A stretch of DNA of 64,000 nt from Minisyncoccia bacterium (GCA_050008535.1 JBEKML010000001.1:391050-455049), one strand, 5' to 3'. Counted from the stretch's first letter, positions 19,364 through 29,393 are shown. Program-made: numbers and translations. The notes: a model not told the origin generated them from the letters alone.

Positions 19364-20227
19364 ATGATCCCTATCGTCGCAGCATGGATGACCTCCACGG
19401 CCATCTTTTACGCTTTCGCCTGCTACTTTGCCTTTGAATACAAGCGATCGGAAGATTGTCTTCGATCGCCTGCCCTCAGGGCATTGAAGCCAGGCACAAC
19501 CCCAGGGGGGTTCTTCAAAACCACCCTGCTCGTCGCAGTCGTCATGATTCTTGTCCTTTCGGCGATGGTGTTCATCCTTCGGCGTTTCCCGAGGATTTTT
19601 GACACAATAAACGAAGCCGCCGTTTTCTTTTCTTTCTTCGTCCTGCCCTACACATTCAGAAAGAAACAGACTGCTTCGTCTGTCGCAACGATACTCTTCT
19701 TCGCGGGGGAGATCGTGTTTGCGACCGTCGCCACGCGCTACTGGGAAACACATCCCAATTGGATCACGAACAACATCTGCGCTTTCGTTGTCGGGATAGT
19801 GATCCTGCTCACGTTCCGTACCGTCACCAATCGGCAGTGTGCCGCCGTGTCGCTCGGCATCATGGCTTTCGACGCCTTCTCCGTGTTCGTCTCGGGCCAG
19901 ATGCAGCGGCTCGTAGAAGCCACGGGCGATCATGCAGGGACGTCCATCGCTATCCCGGCCGGGCTCTCGCCAGCCAATCCCAGCGTCTTCTCGACCGGAC
20001 TCGGCGACCTGGTGGTGCCGGGATTCGTCGTGCTCCTTGCCTACCGGACCTACGGAAAAAGGGGCGCGGCGGGAGCGATAGCGGGCTATCTGGCGGGGAT
20101 GCTGGTCGCGCTGGTCGCTCTCCTGGCTTCCGACTTTCCTCAGCCAGCAACGATCTATCTCATCCCCGGAGCGTACTTCGGATTCTGGGTCGCGACGGCG
20201 CGGGTAAGAAAACGCCAGCTCGCGTAA
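19364..20227 (+). CDS. presenilin/signal-peptide-peptidase-like GxGD intramembrane aspartyl protease (A22)
   Basis: NN motif, FD (YD-equivalent), GLGDL, QPATIYL (QPALLY-like); multi-TM. Confidence 0.8.
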   Translation: MIPIVAAWMTSTAIFYAFACYFAFEYKRSEDCLRSPALRALKPGTTPGGFFKTTLLVAVVMILVLSAMVFILRRFPRIFDTINEAAVFFSFFVLPYTFRKKQTASSVATILFFAGEIVFATVATRYWETHPNWITNNICAFVVGIVILLTFRTVTNRQCAAVSLGIMAFDAFSVFVSGQMQRLVEATGDHAGTSIAIPAGLSPANPSVFSTGLGDLVVPGFVVLLAYRTYGKRGAAGAIAGYLAGMLVALVALLASDFPQPATIYLIPGAYFGFWVATARVRKRQLA

Positions 20228-20283
20228 CATCGCCAATATCGGCAGCGCCGCACGGTTCACCCCCTGCGGCGTTTTGCTTTTTT

Positions 20284-20316
20284 TGCCCCGCGACGGCTCA
20301 TGGACACAAGAACCTG
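20284..20316 (+). repeat. degenerate att-like site
   Basis: TGCCCCGCGACGGCTCATGGACACAAGAACCTG, directly after a terminator. Confidence 0.45.
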
Positions 20317-20361
20317 CCTGGAGCAAATTTGGTTGTTTTCTGCTATATTACTTTATATCGC

Positions 20362-20790
20362 ATGAAGATTTACGTATTAGGCAGTAATAGTTTCGTGAAA
20401 GAAATGGTTGCCCGCAGGGACCAGCTTTGCGCTTTGGGCCACGACGGCTGGATCCATCAGGATTATGAAGATCACGTGAACGGCAAGAAACAAGCCTTCA
20501 TTGAAGGCGCCCTTCCCGGCGAGAGCGCCGATTTCAAACGAGCGCGTGACTATATACGCCAGCACTATAATCACATCCTTAAGAGCGACGCGATCCTTAT
20601 TGTGAACCTGGAGAAGAGAGGGATCAAAAACTACATCGGGGGCAACTGTCTTATGGAGATGGGGATGGCGTACGTGAACAACAAGAGAATATTCCTGTTG
20701 AACGACATCCCGACGGAAACGCCGTACCTTGATGAAATAAAAGCAATGGACCCGATCTGTCTGCACGGAAACCTTTCGGCGATCCAGTAA
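20362..20790 (+). CDS. nucleoside 2-deoxyribosyltransferase-like protein
   Basis: SDAILIVN...YIGGNCLMEMGMA. Confidence 0.7.
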   Translation: MKIYVLGSNSFVKEMVARRDQLCALGHDGWIHQDYEDHVNGKKQAFIEGALPGESADFKRARDYIRQHYNHILKSDAILIVNLEKRGIKNYIGGNCLMEMGMAYVNNKRIFLLNDIPTETPYLDEIKAMDPICLHGNLSAIQ

Positions 20791-20793
20791 TCA

Positions 20794-21237
20794 ATGAAGA
20801 AAAAAGCCATCACCATTTGTTCGAGCGCGGCATTTTTCGCGCAGGCGCTTGATGCCGAGAAACAATTGAAGAAAATGGGATTCGCCGTGAAGCTCCCGTA
20901 CACCGCGCTCAAGATGAAAAAGAGCGGCGATTTCCGGGTAGAAACGTACAAAACCTGGTTCAAAGATCCGAAAAGCTACAGCCGGAAAAGTTGGCTCATG
21001 AAGAATCATTTCCGGAAGGTTATGAAGAGCGACGCGGTCCTGGTGATCAATCACGAAAAGAACGGCGTTCCGGGATATATCGGAGGAAATACGCTCATCG
21101 AAATGACCATCGCGTTCCACTATAAGAAGCCGATTTATGTCCTGAATCCCATCTCCGACGATCTCGGGTTCAAGGAAGAAATCTTCGGTCTGCAGCCGAT
21201 ATTCCTGAACGGCGACCTTGGAAAAATAAAACGGTAG
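20794..21237 (+). CDS. nucleoside 2-deoxyribosyltransferase-like protein (paralogue)
   Basis: SDAVLVIN...YIGGNTLIEMTIA. Confidence 0.7.
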   Translation: MKKKAITICSSAAFFAQALDAEKQLKKMGFAVKLPYTALKMKKSGDFRVETYKTWFKDPKSYSRKSWLMKNHFRKVMKSDAVLVINHEKNGVPGYIGGNTLIEMTIAFHYKKPIYVLNPISDDLGFKEEIFGLQPIFLNGDLGKIKR

Positions 21238-21251
21238 GACGGGTCAGTTTC

Positions 21252-21953
21252 CTATTTGCCGAACCTCCTTTCCCTTTTGGAAAAATCATCAAGTATCGCT
21301 TCAAGCTCTTTTTTCTTGAATGCCGGCCACAAGGTTTGCGTAAAAGCGAATTGAGCGTTCGCGGTTTGCCACATCATAAAGCCAGCCGACCAGTGCGGCT
21401 CACCGCCGGTTCTTACGACGAGATCTACGGGCGGCAACACGCCGGTCCAGAGCGCCTTGCGCAACACCCCATCATTCACTTCGGTTGCCGGATCCTTCTT
21501 TATTTTCTTTATGGCCTCGATCATTTCCCGCTGGCCGTCGTACCCAAAGAGGATCGTCAGATTGCGTTTTTTGAAACGCTCAGTTTGTTCTTCCAGAGCG
21601 CGGGCCAGCGTTCCCAGTTCGTCGTGGCCGGGGAGGATCGATCTCCAGCGTCCGATGAATCTGAACTTCGTCTCGTTTTTGACGAGGTCCTTCGTATCCA
21701 GCTCCCTTCGGAGCCAATCCTTCAATAAAGAAACCAGGAACCTTACTTCGTGCTTTGATCGTTTCGTCAGATTGTCCTCCGATGCCGCCCAAAAGGTGAG
21801 GTAGGGGACACGGTGCTTGAACACCACATCGGCCACTTCATGAAAACGCTCCACGCCTTCTTTATGGCCCCTCCAAGCGAGCAGATGGTGCTGTTTTGCC
21901 CAGCGGCGGTTGCCGTCGGGGATTATGGCGATGTGGTTCGGTATGTTGGTCAT
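21252..21953 (-). CDS. uppS: undecaprenyl diphosphate synthase
   Basis: HIAIIPDGNRRWA, DLVVRTGGE, LWP. Confidence 0.9.
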   Translation of the reverse strand: MTNIPNHIAIIPDGNRRWAKQHHLLAWRGHKEGVERFHEVADVVFKHRVPYLTFWAASEDNLTKRSKHEVRFLVSLLKDWLRRELDTKDLVKNETKFRFIGRWRSILPGHDELGTLARALEEQTERFKKRNLTILFGYDGQREMIEAIKKIKKDPATEVNDGVLRKALWTGVLPPVDLVVRTGGEPHWSAGFMMWQTANAQFAFTQTLWPAFKKKELEAILDDFSKRERRFGK

Positions 21954-21975
21954 GTTTAGATTAGAACCTGTCTGG

Positions 21976-22473
21976 CTATGATTTGTAGCGCTTAACTTCC
22001 GCTACGGCCTCATCTCTGCCGAAAAAACCCTCAATGTCCATGGTTTTGTTCTTCTGCACGCCAACTTCTTTGAAAAAGGCGGCAATATCTTCTTTTTCTT
22101 TGTCGCTCAAATCGTTGATAGATTTTAATTTGTCGGCAAGCGGATCTACGGATGGGACAGTAACAAGTTTATTGTCTTGTTCGCCCCTATCTTTCAATCT
22201 GAGAATGCCAAGCGGTTTTACCATAACCACCGTATTCGGCTGAATAGGATATGAACTTAAAACAATGGCGTCAAGCGGATCGTTATCTTCGGCTCTGGTG
22301 TGGGGGATTAATCCGTAGTTGAACGGAAAATGAAATCCGTCATGAAATACATAATCGAGCTTAATGGCTTGCAGGGCCTCGTCATACTCATACTTGTTGG
22401 AACTTCCGGTTGAGATTTCAACAAGAACATTGAATTCCTCGGGCGTGCCGAGCGGGATATTGTTGATGTCCAT
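21976..22473 (-). CDS. ppa: inorganic pyrophosphatase (family I)
   Basis: NKYEYD, NYG, EDNDPLD, DNK. Confidence 0.92.
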   Translation of the reverse strand: MDINNIPLGTPEEFNVLVEISTGSSNKYEYDEALQAIKLDYVFHDGFHFPFNYGLIPHTRAEDNDPLDAIVLSSYPIQPNTVVMVKPLGILRLKDRGEQDNKLVTVPSVDPLADKLKSINDLSDKEKEDIAAFFKEVGVQKNKTMDIEGFFGRDEAVAEVKRYKS

Positions 22474-22518
22474 AATCTGATTGTATCAGAAAGGATTACT
22501 TTTTGCCCCGGCAATTGA

Positions 22519-22547
22519 TTGACAGTTATGAAAAAACGTGATATATT
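22519..22547 (+). promoter_or_regulatory. strong sigma70 promoter
   Basis: TTGACA-17 bp-TATATT with extended TG; GGAGG SD downstream. Confidence 0.7.
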
Positions 22548-22586
22548 CTTCGCAGTTCGCCAAAATTCAGTTCGGAGGATAGATCA

Positions 22587-24017
22587 ATGAGATTCATCTA
22601 CGTTACCGACCTGCACGGCAACCGCAAGGCGGTCGAACAGGTCCTCGAACGTGCCACCCAGAAGCAGGCAGATGCCATTGTCTTCGGGGGCGATCTGACT
22701 CCGAACGCAGTGGCTGCAAAGCTGGCAGTTGATTACGATGACGAAACGCGGGGCGGTGAGTTGTTGCCCTGGAACGCGCTGAAACGGGACCCCATTACTA
22801 GGAGCTTCCACGCGGGGCTCCTCAAGCTCAGAGAGCTGAATGCGCAACACGGAAAGCGAGAGCTCGAGGAAATGCTCCGGCGGCAAGGATACATGATCTA
22901 TGAAGTGAGCAATCACTTCTATGAATTGGAATCCCTGCTTCTCGAGCAACTTGTCCTGGAGAAGCTCTGGTCCTTCTTTGTGAAGAGCGAGAAGATTACG
23001 CTCTCCGAGGAAGAACTTCAGATAGTGAGGGAATGCGTCGTTGAGTGGATGAGGGAGTGCGAGATGGCTTGGAGCAGGGAACAACGCGAGTTCTTCCTCT
23101 GTAGATGCAGGGCTGCCTTCCGTGTCGACCACTCTGATTTCGCAATGATGGCACCCTCGCGACACCTTGAATACTGTCTCCTCTTTGCCGGGGCCGACCA
23201 GAGCCAGATCGCCGAACTCCTGCATTCCGTACGGGAAGTGCTCGGCCGTTTCGATTCCAGTGGTGCAGCGATGTTCAAGGAGGCATTCTGGAGATTTCAG
23301 GATGACTTTTTGAATTCGCCAAACTACCAAACGCTCATCGAAGGGGGCCTTCTCTCGCAGCTTGCCGCATATTCCTCCGTCACAGAGTTGAGGAGGCAGT
23401 CGGAGAGTGAAGAAGTAATCCGTCGCGGACAGGCCGAATTCCTTGAACAGTTTTTCCTTCCCGCCGTCTGTGGTTGGAAGGCAGGGCATCCCGGCGCGCA
23501 GGTTTTTGCGATGCTCGGCAACGACGACCTCGTTGAGAACGATTTTGTCATGCAGAGAGCTCATGATCAGGGAGCGCTCACGTATCTGTGTGACAGGGTG
23601 GGCGAGCTGTCGCCCGGGCTCATGATCGCGGGCTACTCGTTTGTGGAGGGTCTCCCCGAAGGAGTAACCTATCGAAACTGGGAGAGGAGCGGCAGGGAGA
23701 TGCTTGTCGACCTCACTAGGCTCCAAGGAATGGCCGGGGGTGCACCGCTCGTGTGGTGTATCCATCAACCGCCACTTGGGTATCTTGATAACACCGACGG
23801 AGGGAACGTGGGGAGCAGGACAGTGCGAGACTTTTTGCTCCAAACTAAACCTCCCCTGGCGTTGTTCGGGCACATCCACGAAGCAACTCGGCTCGCCAGA
23901 ACCGCCACCGTTCGTCTTGGTGACACGCTCTGCGTGAATCCGGGGGCGGAACATCACAAATCGCTCGATGCCGTGATCGTCAACACCGCCGACTTTACTG
24001 TTGAGCGGATCTTATGA
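22587..24017 (+). CDS. calcineurin-like metallophosphoesterase with a large internal insertion
   Basis: DLHG, GGDL, then ~270 aa, then GNDD, HQPP, GHIHE, NPG. Confidence 0.8.
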   Translation: MRFIYVTDLHGNRKAVEQVLERATQKQADAIVFGGDLTPNAVAAKLAVDYDDETRGGELLPWNALKRDPITRSFHAGLLKLRELNAQHGKRELEEMLRRQGYMIYEVSNHFYELESLLLEQLVLEKLWSFFVKSEKITLSEEELQIVRECVVEWMRECEMAWSREQREFFLCRCRAAFRVDHSDFAMMAPSRHLEYCLLFAGADQSQIAELLHSVREVLGRFDSSGAAMFKEAFWRFQDDFLNSPNYQTLIEGGLLSQLAAYSSVTELRRQSESEEVIRRGQAEFLEQFFLPAVCGWKAGHPGAQVFAMLGNDDLVENDFVMQRAHDQGALTYLCDRVGELSPGLMIAGYSFVEGLPEGVTYRNWERSGREMLVDLTRLQGMAGGAPLVWCIHQPPLGYLDNTDGGNVGSRTVRDFLLQTKPPLALFGHIHEATRLARTATVRLGDTLCVNPGAEHHKSLDAVIVNTADFTVERIL

Positions 24018-24029
24018 AAGGAGAGGATC

Positions 24030-24632
24030 ATGCCGGGACTAGGACTCTCGCTTCGGCACTCACTGGGTCTTTCCCTCCGTTGCGAACAACGCCTTGAACT
24101 CCGGGCACCCTCTCCTGAGGGTGCGCTCACCGGACTAGATGGCATACGCGCCGCGGACAGAATACTCAAGGGATACAACGTAGTCGGGATGCTCGTTGGC
24201 GGCCTCGCCAAGGAGCTTTGGCACGGCACTATCGATGCGGACACGCTCGCGTCTCACAAGGACGTAGATGTTCTCATCCTTTCCTACGACTGCGAACAGC
24301 ATCCGCAGCAGTGGGAAGAGGGCATCGATTGGTGGATCGGCCACACCAGCCAAGAACGTCCCACGAATGGGACTTCGGTCGGGCTGACCTGGATGGTAAG
24401 CCTCGAACCTCATGCAGTCGGAATCCCCAGGGGTTTGTATCTTTGCCCCATCGAGCTTCTGTTGTCCTCGGTTGTGGCAGAGCGGAAGTTCTTTCGGGAG
24501 CATCGGCCAACCATCGTGCGCTTGACGAAGAAATCACCAAGCAACCTGTTGCCGCAGCTTGACCAGCTACAGCTCAGGTGGGACTGGGGGACGAACAACG
24601 CCCCGGTCGCAGAACATTGCAAGCCCCGGTAA
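24030..24632 (+). CDS. putative nucleotidyltransferase-fold protein
   Basis: LVGGLA...HKDVDV motif. Confidence 0.55.
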   Translation: MPGLGLSLRHSLGLSLRCEQRLELRAPSPEGALTGLDGIRAADRILKGYNVVGMLVGGLAKELWHGTIDADTLASHKDVDVLILSYDCEQHPQQWEEGIDWWIGHTSQERPTNGTSVGLTWMVSLEPHAVGIPRGLYLCPIELLLSSVVAERKFFREHRPTIVRLTKKSPSNLLPQLDQLQLRWDWGTNNAPVAEHCKPR

Positions 24633-24676
24633 GCGGGGATGCGGGACCACTCCATCGTGTTTGGCCCCGCTTTTAA

Positions 24677-24710
24677 TTTTACTGGGCGCTCTGGCGGCTG
24701 GACGATGTGA
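24677..24710 (+). repeat. att-like cassette boundary
   Basis: TTTTACTGGGCGCTCTGGCGGCTGGACGATGTGA. Confidence 0.8.
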
Positions 24711-24713
24711 TCG

Positions 24714-25076
24714 TTATCCCTTCGCCCACGCAACAATCTCGTCAAGATCGGAGATTGATTTTGGATAGAAGATTTTTTTATGGTTGGCTTCGGCCCATTC
24801 TATCTCCGCAAGTGTCCCGCTTGATTTTTCCCATCCGGGGATTACGACCATAGCGTCGGATGCCCTCTGGAGCATTTGCATATCAAGCTCTTTATAAAAT
24901 TCCTCTGGCGCGGTGGTTCGCAACTCAAACCGTGCTGTGTGAAGATGCGGCCCAAAAAAGCCGACGCCGCGGTTAGCAAGGGCAATCGCAAAACTTTCCG
25001 CCTCGCGAATGTTCTTATCTATATTTCTTAGGTCGCCCCCGCCATAATAAGGCCCTGCGATAAAAACTATCTTCAT
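24714..25076 (-). CDS. DUF4406/NDT-like protein
   Basis: FIAGPY, PH, DAMVVIPGWEKSSGT..E. Confidence 0.8.
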   Translation of the reverse strand: MKIVFIAGPYYGGGDLRNIDKNIREAESFAIALANRGVGFFGPHLHTARFELRTTAPEEFYKELDMQMLQRASDAMVVIPGWEKSSGTLAEIEWAEANHKKIFYPKSISDLDEIVAWAKG

Positions 25077-25181
25077 AAGGTCATTATAACAAATTTTACT
25101 TGACATACTATTCCCCGAATCGTACCCTGACCGCAGGTCATCCAATGTCCGAAATACGAGTTTTATGGAAAGGGGGAACCT

Positions 25182-25922
25182 ATGCATCCCAATCTCTCGC
25201 CTGCGCTTAACGCCGCAGTACAAGCAGGAACTGACAACCCCGGCATCGACATCAAGACCCAAGCGAGGGGAACGATGTTTGATGTCGTGAGTGGTCACAC
25301 CAAGTACACCATCGTCGTGGTTGATCCCGAAAAACAGGAGATCGCCATGGTAACCGACAACCACAAGATCTCGGGAACCGACCTCTGGTATTACATGGGT
25401 GCCGGTTGGGGCGGCAGCATGATGAAGGTCGGCTGGATCGTCGTCGGCGCCCAGATGCGGATGCGTCGCCTCTCTGGTGGCGCGATCGAGACAAGCCCCG
25501 TCAAGAACTTCTCGTTGCGCAACGAGCCTGAAGAGGCGAGGCGCATCATGGACGAAGCCGAATCCAGAAGGCCGCAGGTCATGACCGAGGATCAAGAACA
25601 CGACCAGGACGCTCAGTTCGCGGAGGCGGCCGAAGAGATCATCAAGGGAGAGTTTCCGCCCGATCAGCAGGGGTGGATTCGCGAGATGGTCGGTCATTTC
25701 GGCAACATCCCCGCGAAGGCAGTCGTGCTGGGGGTTGTTTCTCAAGCCCAGAAGCACGGCAAACTGGATAAGGCCAAGCAACTCCTCGAGCGCGACTGGG
25801 AGAGAGACTGGCGCTTCCAGCCTCCATATGCGGCAGGCGATCCCGAGTTCATGCCGCTCAACGCTCACCGCTGGAACGCACTCTACCGCGAGCTCGGGGT
25901 TCCGCTGCCGAGCCAGGAGTGA
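25182..25922 (+). CDS. hypothetical protein
   Basis: 246-aa ORF with SD, upstream TTGACA and downstream terminator. Confidence 0.7.
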   Translation: MHPNLSPALNAAVQAGTDNPGIDIKTQARGTMFDVVSGHTKYTIVVVDPEKQEIAMVTDNHKISGTDLWYYMGAGWGGSMMKVGWIVVGAQMRMRRLSGGAIETSPVKNFSLRNEPEEARRIMDEAESRRPQVMTEDQEHDQDAQFAEAAEEIIKGEFPPDQQGWIREMVGHFGNIPAKAVVLGVVSQAQKHGKLDKAKQLLERDWERDWRFQPPYAAGDPEFMPLNAHRWNALYRELGVPLPSQE

Positions 25923-26009
25923 ACACCTCGTTTCGGTTCGCGATCAAGATTTCAAATCAGGCGTCCGTCTCGGGATCCTCCGGGGCGCGGCGCCTTTTTC
26001 GTTTGGCCC

Positions 26010-26038
26010 CTCGGTCTGCTGGACGACGTTAGAACCTG
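26010..26038 (+). repeat. att-like boundary, internally deleted
   Basis: CTCGGTCTG fused directly to CTGGACGACGTTAGAACCTG. Confidence 0.75.
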
Positions 26039-26047
26039 TTTGGTGGC

Positions 26048-26485
26048 CTAGAACTTTGAATAAATGAGGAGGGAAATGATGATAAGGATAAGATACGGTA
26101 ACCCTACGTGCAAAAGCAGCATATTGCGGACGGCGTTTTTTTTGTCATGAACGGGAAGATTGGGAACCCGAAAATCTTTCGGCAGATCTTTCCCGGAAGA
26201 AAGCGCCTGTAGGGCGTGTTGGACTTCGTTGCGCCGCTTCTTATAGTCGGTGCGGTAGGTTTTGTTATATCCGTCGAAAAACCAGAAAATGAGGGGGACG
26301 AGGGCGCCGATGAGAGCTATTTGGCCCTGCTTGGATTGGAATGCCCAGCCCGCCAGGGCGACCCAAAGGGTTACCGCCCACGTTTTAGTGGTTATAGAAA
26401 GCTGGTCATACTTGTCCACCTGATTTTGCGTAAGGGAAAGCTCCGCCTTCAAAAGATCGTAACGGATGTCGGTGCGGGTTTCCAT
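26048..26485 (-). CDS. small membrane protein
   Basis: Two to three TM helices; K.W and D..N motifs. Confidence 0.7.
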   Translation of the reverse strand: METRTDIRYDLLKAELSLTQNQVDKYDQLSITTKTWAVTLWVALAGWAFQSKQGQIALIGALVPLIFWFFDGYNKTYRTDYKKRRNEVQHALQALSSGKDLPKDFRVPNLPVHDKKNAVRNMLLLHVGLPYLILIIISLLIYSKF

Positions 26486-26527
26486 TCCTTAAGCATACCA
26501 CTAGACCTAGCTCATCGCTTCTATTGG

Positions 26528-26568
26528 TTGGCTTTGTCCGATACTTTTACTAGCTCCGACGGCTGGAC
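26528..26568 (+). repeat. att-like boundary with left arm
   Basis: TTGGCTTTGTCCGATACTTTTACTAGCTCCGACGGCTGGAC. Confidence 0.8.
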
Positions 26569-26576
26569 ACGGCTCC

Positions 26577-26906
26577 CTACTTGAGAGCGGGGAATAATTT
26601 GAGTATGTCCAGCGGATTGACGCCTTTGACCAGCGCGGCGATTACCACAATCAGAAGCGCTACGCCAAGATAATCGCTCCATTCCCACGTTATTTTGCCA
26701 TTATCAATCACAACCTTCAGAGTCTGCGCTCCTCGCCCTTGTGTCCCTTGGCTTTGCATCCTTCGGGTTGGCCAAAAGCCGACTACGGCGACCAGCACCA
26801 AAAGCAAGATCGCAATCAGGGGGGTTATGGACACGAAGCTGGAAAGTAGCCATAAAATAATGGCGGCAATCCCTGCACGGGAAGCGGAAAATTTTATTTT
26901 GCCCAT
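26577..26906 (-). CDS. small membrane protein
   Basis: 109 aa, three hydrophobic segments. Confidence 0.65.
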   Translation of the reverse strand: MGKIKFSASRAGIAAIILWLLSSFVSITPLIAILLLVLVAVVGFWPTRRMQSQGTQGRGAQTLKVVIDNGKITWEWSDYLGVALLIVVIAALVKGVNPLDILKLFPALK

Positions 26907-26961
26907 GTATTGCTAAAAGAGAATCAGATATAACCTCGGCCTTTGAGATTAGTATACCATT

Positions 26962-26993
26962 TGCTCCGGCGGCTGGACGATGTGAGAACCTGT
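26962..26993 (+). repeat. att-like boundary (consensus copy)
   Basis: TGCTCCGGCGGCTGGACGATGTGAGAACCTGT. Confidence 0.9.
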
Positions 26994-27004
26994 ATAATCA
27001 ATAT

Positions 27005-27610
27005 ATGAACAAGAAGCTGCTTATTGTCACTCACAATAAGGGAAAATTTCCCGAAATAATCTCTGAGCTTAAGGGCGTAGCTTTTGATTTTTTAAATTTA
27101 AACGATATTCCCTCTCTCCCGCCAAAATATGAAGTGGAGGAACCCGCGATGACCTTTGAAGGAAATGCCATTATCAAGGCCGTGATACTTGGCAAGAAAA
27201 CGGGACTTATAACTCTTGCCGACGATTCGGGGCTCGAAGTCGACGCATTAAATGGAAAACCCGGAATTTATTCTGCGCGTTATGCGCCAGGAACCGATGA
27301 AGATCGCTATCGAAAGCTTCTGGGCGAACTTAAGAATGTTCCCGACGATAGGCTCGGCGCTCAATTTCATTGCGTCGTTGCCATTTATGATCCTGCCACC
27401 GATAAAATCCGCACATGCGAAGGCGTCTATCGAGGGAGAATTATTCGAGCACCGAGAGGAACGAATGGTTTTGGCTACGACCCTATCTTTTTCAACGAGC
27501 AGCTAAACAAGACAAACGCAGAAATGACGGTTGATGAGAAAAATTCAGTAAGCCATCGCGGCACGGCATTGAGGAAGGCCCGCGAGATTTTAGAAAAAGA
27601 ATTTAGCTAA
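27005..27610 (+). CDS. rdgB: RdgB/HAM1 non-canonical purine NTP pyrophosphatase
   Basis: TxNxGK, ADDSGL, PGIYSAR, FGYDPIF, SHR. Confidence 0.95.
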   Translation: MNKKLLIVTHNKGKFPEIISELKGVAFDFLNLNDIPSLPPKYEVEEPAMTFEGNAIIKAVILGKKTGLITLADDSGLEVDALNGKPGIYSARYAPGTDEDRYRKLLGELKNVPDDRLGAQFHCVVAIYDPATDKIRTCEGVYRGRIIRAPRGTNGFGYDPIFFNEQLNKTNAEMTVDEKNSVSHRGTALRKAREILEKEFS

Positions 27611-27614
27611 TTTC

Positions 27615-27645
27615 CGCTCCGGCAGTTAGACGACATGAGAACCTG
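27615..27645 (+). repeat. att-like boundary
   Basis: CGCTCCGGCAGTTAGACGACATGAGAACCTG. Confidence 0.85.
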
Positions 27646-27725
27646 CGTGACTAAGAAATGATACTCAAACTGCCGCTGCTTGTTACTGCATCGGTCCCGC
27701 AACTGGAGCGTGGTATAATATAAAC

Positions 27726-28844
27726 ATGAAAAAATTCATCCTTGGTGTCGGTGTGGTTGCGGTGCTTGTGCCGTTCGTGTCGTTCGGGGCGTACAAAAGC
27801 GCAGGGAAGAGCGTGGTTTTGAATGCAACGCAGCCGATAAACGACAATGCCTATGTTGCCGGCGGAAACGTTATGACTTCAGGCGTCATAAACGGTGATC
27901 TTCTCGCGGCGGGTGGATCGGTATTTGTATCCGGGAAAGTGGTCCGGGACGTCATGGCGGCGGGAGGCAACGTCACGCTTTCGGGAGTTTCCGCGGAAGA
28001 CGTCCGCATCGCGGGAGGCAATCTTAACGTCAGCGCCGTCTTGAGCGGCGAGCTCATGGCTGGCGGCGGAGAGGTTATCGTCACGCCGGACTCCAGGATC
28101 ACGAAGGATTCTGTGGTCGCCGGGGGATCGGTAACCTTCAATGGTGACGAGGCCGGAAATCTTGAAGTGTACGGGGGATCGGTCTACATCGGCGGTACGG
28201 TTGAAAAGAATTTGACCATTAAAGGATCGAAGGACATCACGATCGGTTCGGGCGCAGTTATTAAAGGAAATTTGGATTACACAAGTGTGAACGACGCCAC
28301 GATCGAAAGTGGTGCGCGGATCCTTGGCGCAAAAACGTTCCATAAGGTTGAGGCAAGCGCGCCAACAAATGTAGCCGGGCCTCTCGCTGCAGTTTTCACT
28401 TTCTGGTGGATCGCAAAGTTCCTTATGGCCCTTCTTGTCGCGTATCTCCTTTGGTATCTTTTCCGAAGCGATATGGTTGCGCTCATTACGGAAGCCGGAT
28501 CGCATTTCGGCAGGGAACTGCTCCGCGGTTTCATCTTTGCCGTCGTAATGCCCATAGCGATCATCATTGCCTGTGTTACCGTGGTCGGAGCTCTGGTTGG
28601 CGGCATTGCGGCGCTCGTCTATGCGGCACTCATCCTCCTCGCGTTCCCCGTCGCGATTCTCGTTGTTGCGTCACTTTTGAGGAAACGCAGGACCGATCTC
28701 CACTGGTACGGCATTCTCCTTGCAGCAGTGATCCTTGAGATCGTCGCGCTCATTCCGTTCGTTGGCTGCGTTGCGTGTCTCATCATATGTCTCGCCTCCC
28801 TCGGCGCATTGCTCAATGTTTTGCGCCGCCGATTTGCACGGTAG
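27726..28844 (+). CDS. membrane protein with bactofilin-like beta-helical repeats
   Basis: Repeated D..AAGG.V...G units, then several TM helices. Confidence 0.8.
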   Translation: MKKFILGVGVVAVLVPFVSFGAYKSAGKSVVLNATQPINDNAYVAGGNVMTSGVINGDLLAAGGSVFVSGKVVRDVMAAGGNVTLSGVSAEDVRIAGGNLNVSAVLSGELMAGGGEVIVTPDSRITKDSVVAGGSVTFNGDEAGNLEVYGGSVYIGGTVEKNLTIKGSKDITIGSGAVIKGNLDYTSVNDATIESGARILGAKTFHKVEASAPTNVAGPLAAVFTFWWIAKFLMALLVAYLLWYLFRSDMVALITEAGSHFGRELLRGFIFAVVMPIAIIIACVTVVGALVGGIAALVYAALILLAFPVAILVVASLLRKRRTDLHWYGILLAAVILEIVALIPFVGCVACLIICLASLGALLNVLRRRFAR

Positions 28845-29393
28845 GTAAAACTAGACGTTATACGCCAAAGCATAAATCTAATCGGCGCGAAAATGAGTAA
28901 GGCGCACATCCAGCCGGGCTGGGCGTGCGCCTTAGAATGGTACGAATGCGAACTGCGGCCGACGCTAGCGGCCGCTGGATGCGGCTTGTGAGTGCCACCG
29001 CCCCCTCTTTCGCCAGCTTGTTGACTCTTGCCCGGCGGGCGCGTATGCCTGGTGGTTCAGGCCGTGCGCATCGTGTCCGGGTTTTGGAATGTGGGGGATG
29101 CCGGCGACCTGTTCCGGACGGGCGCCGTCTGTCCGGAATAACATCCCACCGATCCATTCGAAGACGGCGGACGGGTCAGCGGCGCTGCGCTCCGCAAGTC
29201 TCTTGTACCGCTTGCGGCGAGCGAGGTAATGCTCCGGCCCTCGTTGCGGGTTCGCAGCGGTGCCTATCGGCTGTTCGGAAGCCGAACGGAAGAACTGTCC
29301 CATACCTACTCCTTCCTTGTGGTATTCGCCCACAAGTTCTGGACGCTAAAACAATAGTACTCCTCCAGTACTGCCGCATCAAGCGATGCCGAA

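Noticed and set aside
28850-28865. Possible extra repeat copy (CTAGACGTTATAC), and similar weak matches near 14810 and 17142
   Set aside because: Too short or degenerate to distinguish from chance without a profile search.
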